NCBI GenBank assembly: GCA_963662285.2
Contig: CAXXMV010000001.1
Coordinates: 576,001-640,000 of the forward strand
Direction of reading: 5' to 3'
DNA: 64,000 nucleotides
Source of the DNA: a bacterium
GTDB lineage: Bacteria; Hinthialibacterota; Hinthialibacteria; Hinthialibacterales; Hinthialibacteraceae
Below, one piece after another: positions 58,679-64,000 of this stretch; position 1 is the stretch's first letter; every line of letters begins with the position of its first letter. A program made the position numbers and the translations under genes. A model generated the notes under the pieces. The model was not told where the DNA came from. It was given only the letters and a program-made list of their open reading frames with translations, and did no database searches.

Positions 58679-58787
58679 GAGCGGTTGTCATAATAACATT
58701 CATATTCGCGTTTCGAAAAAGCCAGTAAAGATTGGTTTTTCGAAGACTATAGACGATAATAAACGAACATAATTTTGACAACCGCTC
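58679..58787. mobile_element. Short MITE-like element with GAGCGGTTGTCA inverted ends
   Basis: IR 58679-58690 / 58776-58787; its right part GATAATAAACGAACATAATTTT recurs at 21051. Confidence 0.55.
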
Positions 58788-58912
58788 TAGTAGTGTGATC
58801 AACTTATTATGTCGGGCGACCTCGTCCCCTTATCCCCCCGGGAGAGGGCTAGGGTGAGGGGGAATTACAGAAGACCTCCTGACAAAAGAAACTAGTCGTA
58901 CTACTAGACGAA

Positions 58913-60193
58913 ATGAAAGGTAAAGTAATGAAATTGAATTTGAAATCGCTGTTGATAGTTTTTGTGCTTCTCTTCTGTGCAAACTCAGTTCCTGCCTCCG
59001 ACAATTGGCCGGACTGGCGTGGTCCGGCTGGTGATGGCCGCAGTGATGCTACCGGCATCCCTCTGAACTGGTCAGAAACGGAAAATATTGTCTGGAAAAC
59101 CCCTATCCATGATCTGGGCCACTCAACGCCTGTTATATGGGGCGATCAAGTCTGGCTTACCACAGCGACAAAAAACGGACAGTCTCTCTACGCAGTCTGC
59201 TTTGATCTGAATACCGGCGTAGTCGTCCACGATATTGAGGTTTTTCATCAAGAAAAGCCCCAGCGGATTCACTCGAACAATTCTTATGCGACGCCTTCGG
59301 CGGTAGTGGAAGAAGGGCGCGTCTATGTACATTTCGGAACCTTTGGAACAGCCGCCCTCGATTCGAAAACAGGGGAAGTGCTCTGGCGGCGGACCGACCT
59401 GAACTGTCAGCACATGCAAGGCCCGGCTTCTTCACCGATTCTGTACAAAGATTTAATCATCCTTCATCTCGAAGGCACCGACGTCCAGTTTTTTACCGCC
59501 TTGAACAAAAACACCGGCAAACACGTATGGCGGGTTGATCGACCAAAGGATTATTACGAAACAGTTAGAGCGACCGTTTACCGCAAGTCCTATCAAACGC
59601 CGGTGCTTGTTGAGGTCGATGGCCAGACGCAATTAATAAGCAATGGCGCCCTGATGGTGACTGGCCATGAACCACAAACCGGCCAAGAACTTTGGCAGGT
59701 GCGTTATGGTTACGATAGCGCAATATCCCGTATCGTAAGCGGACAAGGGCTGTTCTTCGTCAATTGCGGCGGCCCTCCAGGTAAGGCTCAATTATGGGCT
59801 GTGCGTCAAGGTGGTAAGGGAAATGTAACCGATACGCACGTCGTTTGGAAAATGACCGAAGATGTGCCGCTCGAAAGTTCTCCGGTCCTGGTCGGAGAGT
59901 TGCTATATATGATTAGCGACAAGGGCGTACTGATATGTAAACAGGCAAAAACAGGAGAAACGGTTTGGACAGAACAGTTAGAAGGTAAATACGGCGCATC
60001 CCCGCTGTATGCCGATAACCGGATATACATTTCCAGCAAAGAAGGAAAAACCACTGTCATTAAACCGGGACGAACCTTCCACCAACTGGCGGTCAACCAG
60101 CTTGACGGAGAACTTTGGGCGTCGCCTGCTATATCGGGCAAGTCGATTCTCCTACGCACCAAAACACACCTATATCGCGTTATGAGCAAGTAG
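58913..60193 (+). CDS. Secreted PQQ-like beta-propeller protein
   Basis: NWPDWRGP, WSETENIVWK, GHSTPV, repeated SSP and G..LW motifs. Confidence 0.9.
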   Translation: MKGKVMKLNLKSLLIVFVLLFCANSVPASDNWPDWRGPAGDGRSDATGIPLNWSETENIVWKTPIHDLGHSTPVIWGDQVWLTTATKNGQSLYAVCFDLNTGVVVHDIEVFHQEKPQRIHSNNSYATPSAVVEEGRVYVHFGTFGTAALDSKTGEVLWRRTDLNCQHMQGPASSPILYKDLIILHLEGTDVQFFTALNKNTGKHVWRVDRPKDYYETVRATVYRKSYQTPVLVEVDGQTQLISNGALMVTGHEPQTGQELWQVRYGYDSAISRIVSGQGLFFVNCGGPPGKAQLWAVRQGGKGNVTDTHVVWKMTEDVPLESSPVLVGELLYMISDKGVLICKQAKTGETVWTEQLEGKYGASPLYADNRIYISSKEGKTTVIKPGRTFHQLAVNQLDGELWASPAISGKSILLRTKTHLYRVMSK

Positions 60194-60390
60194 CAAGTAT
60201 GAAAAACGGATGAATGAATCAAACGAGAAAAAATCCGGTCTTGCCCTTGGGCGCCCATCAATTAGAATATTTGGTATATTTATTGACTGTCAAGATAAAA
60301 TGGTATAAAGCACGGTAACTATTCAATAATTTGTTCGGCAGGGGTTTATCTTAGACTCATCTTAACTAAACCAATAAGGAGTAATGTAAG

Positions 60391-61635
60391 ATGAAAAAAA
60401 TCACGCGAATTATTGTCTTGACCGGGTTATTGAGCACCATGATGTGTTCGGCGCTTTACGCCCAAACATTTCTGGCAGATCCCGATAGCCCATGTTACGA
60501 ATCAATCAAGAAACTGGAGTCGGCCTATTATTCAAAGGTGGATACTAAGTTTAAGGATCTACTGGATTCTGCGTTTGAGAACATGCAGCAGTTGCCGCCA
60601 GAATATCCTGATGGCAACCCATGGATCGGCAAGAAGTTTTCTGACCTGATCCTTTTCCTGAATAAATGGTCATCCTTTCTCCCAACCGCTGCTGGAAGCC
60701 ACGATACGGGCTTAAGGTATATTGAGAAATTCGCCTGGTTCTACTACCAAAATCAATATGGCGTGGATTTTGTGCAAAAGTCGCCTGGACGGGAAATCAT
60801 GCAGGACTTTGCGAGGCAGAGGGGTGTTTTCATGGATAGTGAAGCCTCTACTTCCCAGATCGCGAATTGGTTAAGTGACGTCAGGATTGAGAAAGAGGAT
60901 TACATACTTCCTGATCCAACTGCGCCGGATGGCGGGTTTAAATCGTTCAATGAGTTCTTTACACGCACGCTTAAAGACCAGGATAAGAGCCGCCCGCAAA
61001 CAATGCCAGATCGTGATTATGTGATCTCTGCGCCAACCGATGTCATCATAAACTCGATTCCGCAAAAAATATCTGACGCCGACGCGCTGATACCGACCAA
61101 GGGTAATCAGGCATTAAATATAGTCGATATGTTGGGTGGCTCTAAATATGCCAATAAATTCATTGGCGGCACAGCGCTTTCCTGCGTCTTGATGCCTAAC
61201 ACCTATCATCACTATCATGCTCCCGTCGGTGGCCACGTCGTGGAAAGCAGAATTATCGAGGATGCCTTCTACGGTTATGATGATTTCCCATCCTGGGCGC
61301 CTATCAATGGAAACGTAGGTTATCACGGCACGGATTTCAGTCAGTTTGAAAAATTCCAACGCGGCTACTTTATTATTGACACAGGCAAGTATGGCCATGT
61401 CGCTATGATACCTGTCGGTTTAGATACGATAAGTTCAATCGTCTTCGAAGAGCGGTTCGCCAACGTAACCAAGCCGGCGCCCGTCAAACGAGGAGATAGG
61501 CTCGGACATTTTGCGTATGGGGGTTCAATGGTAATCATTGTTTTCGAACCAGACAGATATAAATCAGATGCCATACGGGTTCGTTTAGGAAATCAGATTG
61601 GAATATTTGATACAAAAGATTCCGATCCGCAATAA
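60391..61635 (+). CDS. Phosphatidylserine decarboxylase-family proenzyme with signal peptide
   Basis: FKSFNEFFTR, SAPTD, YHHYHAPV, FAYGGS self-cleavage motif. Confidence 0.85.
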   Translation: MKKITRIIVLTGLLSTMMCSALYAQTFLADPDSPCYESIKKLESAYYSKVDTKFKDLLDSAFENMQQLPPEYPDGNPWIGKKFSDLILFLNKWSSFLPTAAGSHDTGLRYIEKFAWFYYQNQYGVDFVQKSPGREIMQDFARQRGVFMDSEASTSQIANWLSDVRIEKEDYILPDPTAPDGGFKSFNEFFTRTLKDQDKSRPQTMPDRDYVISAPTDVIINSIPQKISDADALIPTKGNQALNIVDMLGGSKYANKFIGGTALSCVLMPNTYHHYHAPVGGHVVESRIIEDAFYGYDDFPSWAPINGNVGYHGTDFSQFEKFQRGYFIIDTGKYGHVAMIPVGLDTISSIVFEERFANVTKPAPVKRGDRLGHFAYGGSMVIIVFEPDRYKSDAIRVRLGNQIGIFDTKDSDPQ

Positions 61636-61676
61636 AAATTCAGGTTAGAGAGTTCTGTGATTGTCGCATATAAAAC

Positions 61677-61734
61677 TGCTAACAAGGCTAATCAACCGAC
61701 GTGAAAACCGCGCGGTTGATTAGCGATGTTACAT
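61677..61734 (+). other. attC-like integron recombination site
   Basis: TGCTAAC ... GCTAATCAACCG/CGGTTGATTAGC ... GTTACAT, 58 bp. Confidence 0.65.
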
Positions 61735-61762
61735 CGCTTAGTCGAATACAGGAATAGGAAAC

Positions 61763-61847
61763 ATGATTGAATCACATCTTGGTGAGAAGGGTAATCACTG
61801 GCGCAAATCATGGTATTGTTGCGGCGACGGCAAAAGAATTCGCGGCG
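61763..61847 (+). pseudogene. 5' fragment of an SDR oxidoreductase
   Basis: MIESHLGEK then, frameshifted, VITGANHGIVAATAKEFAA (decayed TGxxxGxG). Confidence 0.6.
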
Positions 61848-61863
61848 TTAGGCTCTACAAGGA

Positions 61864-62412
61864 ATGAATATGGACAACGATCTAATTTCAGTTGCAGATG
61901 CATCTACAAAGATAGGGATTAAAAAGCAGACCTTATTCAAGGTCATAAAACGTTTTGGTCTGAGCGCAATAAAACAAAAGTCTTCTGATCACAGAGGACA
62001 ATCAATCTCTTATATTACTCAACAAGACTTTGACTTCATTATCAACAATTACCCGGCAAATAAAGCCTCCACAAATGACACCGAGGCTTCTACCTCATCA
62101 GTACAAATTGAGCATGGAGAGTTTTATCTTATTCAACTAGAACCTAATCACGATCCTGGCCGATTTAAATTGGGTTTCACATCCAATATGTCAGAGAGAT
62201 TGCGGGCACACCGTTGCTCTGCTCCATTTGCAACTATTCTTTCTACATGGCCATGTCATGTACTCTGGGAAAAAACTGCAATTGATTCCGTAACGCAAGG
62301 ATGTGAAAAACTCTATACTGAAGTATTTAGAACTGAGGACATAACTCAAGTAAAAGAAAAATGTGACCAGTTCTTCACGTTAATGCCTGAACTTGAAAAT
62401 TTAATAAGATAG
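61864..62412 (+). CDS. Cassette-like gene: N-terminal HTH-like region plus GIY-YIG/T5orf172-like domain
   Basis: FYLIQ..RFKLGFTSNMSERL; bounded by GTTAGGC (61847) and GCCTAAC (62413). Confidence 0.65.
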   Translation: MNMDNDLISVADASTKIGIKKQTLFKVIKRFGLSAIKQKSSDHRGQSISYITQQDFDFIINNYPANKASTNDTEASTSSVQIEHGEFYLIQLEPNHDPGRFKLGFTSNMSERLRAHRCSAPFATILSTWPCHVLWEKTAIDSVTQGCEKLYTEVFRTEDITQVKEKCDQFFTLMPELENLIR

Positions 62413-62452
62413 GCCTAACAAAAAAAATGCAGCGGACTCGTACCTCGTCGCC
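62413..62452 (+). other. Truncated attC (left half only)
   Basis: GCCTAACAAAAAAAATGCAGCGGAC directly after the stop codon; no matching right arm seen. Confidence 0.55.
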
Positions 62453-62774
62453 AAGTACAACGATGCCCGAAAAATACGAAAAATCAGAAGTGATCGCATC
62501 AAGGGCTGACCGCAATGCGGTCTTGCCCTTGGCGCCCTTCAACGTGAACTGGAAAATCTATGGTTTTAGCAAACAACCCCCTCTTGAATTATTCCCCAAT
62601 TTGGGGGAGAGAGATTTTGAGATATAAACAGTTAGATCGTTTAGACTTAGTTATTCAAAAACACTTTAGTCACACATTCCTCTCCCAAGATTGGGAGAGG
62701 TTAGGTGAGGGTTGAAAACAATCACCCCTCGCTAACATTACTCATTACTTTATGGGTAAAAACATAATGAAACA

Positions 62775-63755
62775 TCAAGCAACAGGAACGCCGTAAATCG
62801 GTTGCATGTCTGCGGCCAGTTTTTTGCCTTCAGCGCAAAACGCGGTCATCTCTTCATCTGAAAATGGTTTTAGTTGGATAATCTTTTGAGTGACTGTTTC
62901 CAGTTCATCAACTGACCGGAAGCCGATATTGGCGGTGCTTAAACCGGGCAGGCTTAGAGCATAGCGCAGGCAGGGATCGATTCGGTCAACGAATTTAGCC
63001 GCGCCGGTTTTCCAGTTACCAGCTCCGCCCAGAATCTTCATACCAACCATACCCAGGTTCTTCTTACGAGCCGGGCCGAAAACTTTCTCTTCAAAATTGT
63101 ATTGATGACGGGCGATGAAATTGACTGCGCATAGATAAACGTCAATATCATCCAGTTCATGAATTAGTTTCCAACGGCTGGGGAATAAGTGACCGGATAC
63201 TCCGATATGGCGGATCAAGCCTTGCTTTTTGGCCTCGCGCAAAGCGCTCAACGCCCCTTTGGGACCTAAGGCTTCCACCGCATCGGGGAAATACGTTTCA
63301 TAACCAATGTTATGCAGATAAACCAGGTCGAGGTAATCGGTCTTCAGTCGTTTTAAGCTGGTTTGCAGTAATTCCCAGGCCTTGTCGTAAGTCTGTTCTT
63401 CAGTCTTGGTAGCGAGAAAAACCTTGTCACGTTTATTTTTTAGCGCTTCTCCAAGAAAATCTTCCGACTCATCATAAGCTGGCGCGGTATCGATGGAGTT
63501 GACGCCCAATTCGAGAGCGCGTTCGATGATGTCGCCTGCTTGAGTCGGCGTTATTAAACTTTTACGCAGGTGACCGCATCCCAAGGTAAGCAGACTGACC
63601 TTGGCGCCGGTTCGTCCCAGGGTGCGCATAGGCATTTTATTCTCGAAAGCATCAACCATTGGAGAGAATAAGGCTGGCGCAATCAGACCAGCTGGTAATG
63701 CAGTTCCGGTGGCTTTAAGTATCTCGCGTCGAGTAAGTTTAGTGTTTTTGGGCAT
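62775..63755 (-). CDS. Tat-exported aldo/keto reductase
   Basis: TRREILK Tat motif; RTLGRTG, DTAPAY, ATK, SLKRLKTDYLDL, IGVSGH. Confidence 0.92.
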   Translation of the reverse strand: MPKNTKLTRREILKATGTALPAGLIAPALFSPMVDAFENKMPMRTLGRTGAKVSLLTLGCGHLRKSLITPTQAGDIIERALELGVNSIDTAPAYDESEDFLGEALKNKRDKVFLATKTEEQTYDKAWELLQTSLKRLKTDYLDLVYLHNIGYETYFPDAVEALGPKGALSALREAKKQGLIRHIGVSGHLFPSRWKLIHELDDIDVYLCAVNFIARHQYNFEEKVFGPARKKNLGMVGMKILGGAGNWKTGAAKFVDRIDPCLRYALSLPGLSTANIGFRSVDELETVTQKIIQLKPFSDEEMTAFCAEGKKLAADMQPIYGVPVA

Positions 63756-63971
63756 ATCCATTTCCTCGTTAATCAAGGTTTATATTATTCTGAATGAATT
63801 ATGACATACATCAAGCATAAATCCAAAAACTTTCTGAAAAATCTGCTTGATGATAATGTCATTGGATGATTGGCGTTTCGATATGTTTGTAAAGATGGGC
63901 TTTTTGATAGAGGAATGTTATTATGGATGAACTTGTTTTGAATATATGAACAAAACCAATAGGAGACGTTT

Positions 63972-64000
63972 ATGTTTCATAATATCAACCGGCGTGAATT
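63972..64000 (+). CDS. Start of a Tat-signal protein (MFHNINRRE...), truncated by the window edge
   Basis: AGGAG RBS at 63961; NRRE(F/L) twin-arginine motif. Confidence 0.6.

Noticed and set aside
1-64000. tRNA, rRNA or prophage genes
   Set aside because: None recognised by eye; tRNAscan-SE and Rfam searches would be needed to exclude them.

Overview
Chromosomal window from a Gram-negative (kdsA, outer-membrane barrel), probably anaerobic bacterium. The alpha2-type GlyRS, the pilin-like GFTLIELLIVVAIIGILAAIAVPNFLNAQTRAKV protein and the C-terminal 'DWALY' tail resemble Hinthialibacterota (OLB16)/Sumerlaeota-like lineages; this taxonomy is inference only. Core content: glyQS, a hisC-like gene, kdsA, secreted hydrolases (sulfatase, esterase, GH32, CBM9-like, DUF4838), a putative sigma54-driven NifB/NifX + Fe-S ATPase (Orp-like) operon, and a porin + Liv-type ABC + PaaK-like aromatic acid uptake cluster. 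Mobile DNA: one IS5 that splits a Phd-like antitoxin, two copies of one IS481 (both inserted in REP-like palindromes, one carrying a second, nested IS481), several REP/MITE families, a RAYT remnant and integron-cassette (attC) remnants. The most unusual locus is 24.7-27.25 kb. There an XRE-HTH/ImmA-IrrE metallopeptidase + PIN-nuclease pair sits behind a perfect 58-bp palindrome. Divergent from it are two tandem ~197-nt structured RNA units, each with its own promoter, a 9-codon mini-ORF and a terminator. A second candidate structured RNA is shared, in opposite orientations, by the two different IS481 elements. All calls come from reading the sequence; no searches or folding programs were run.
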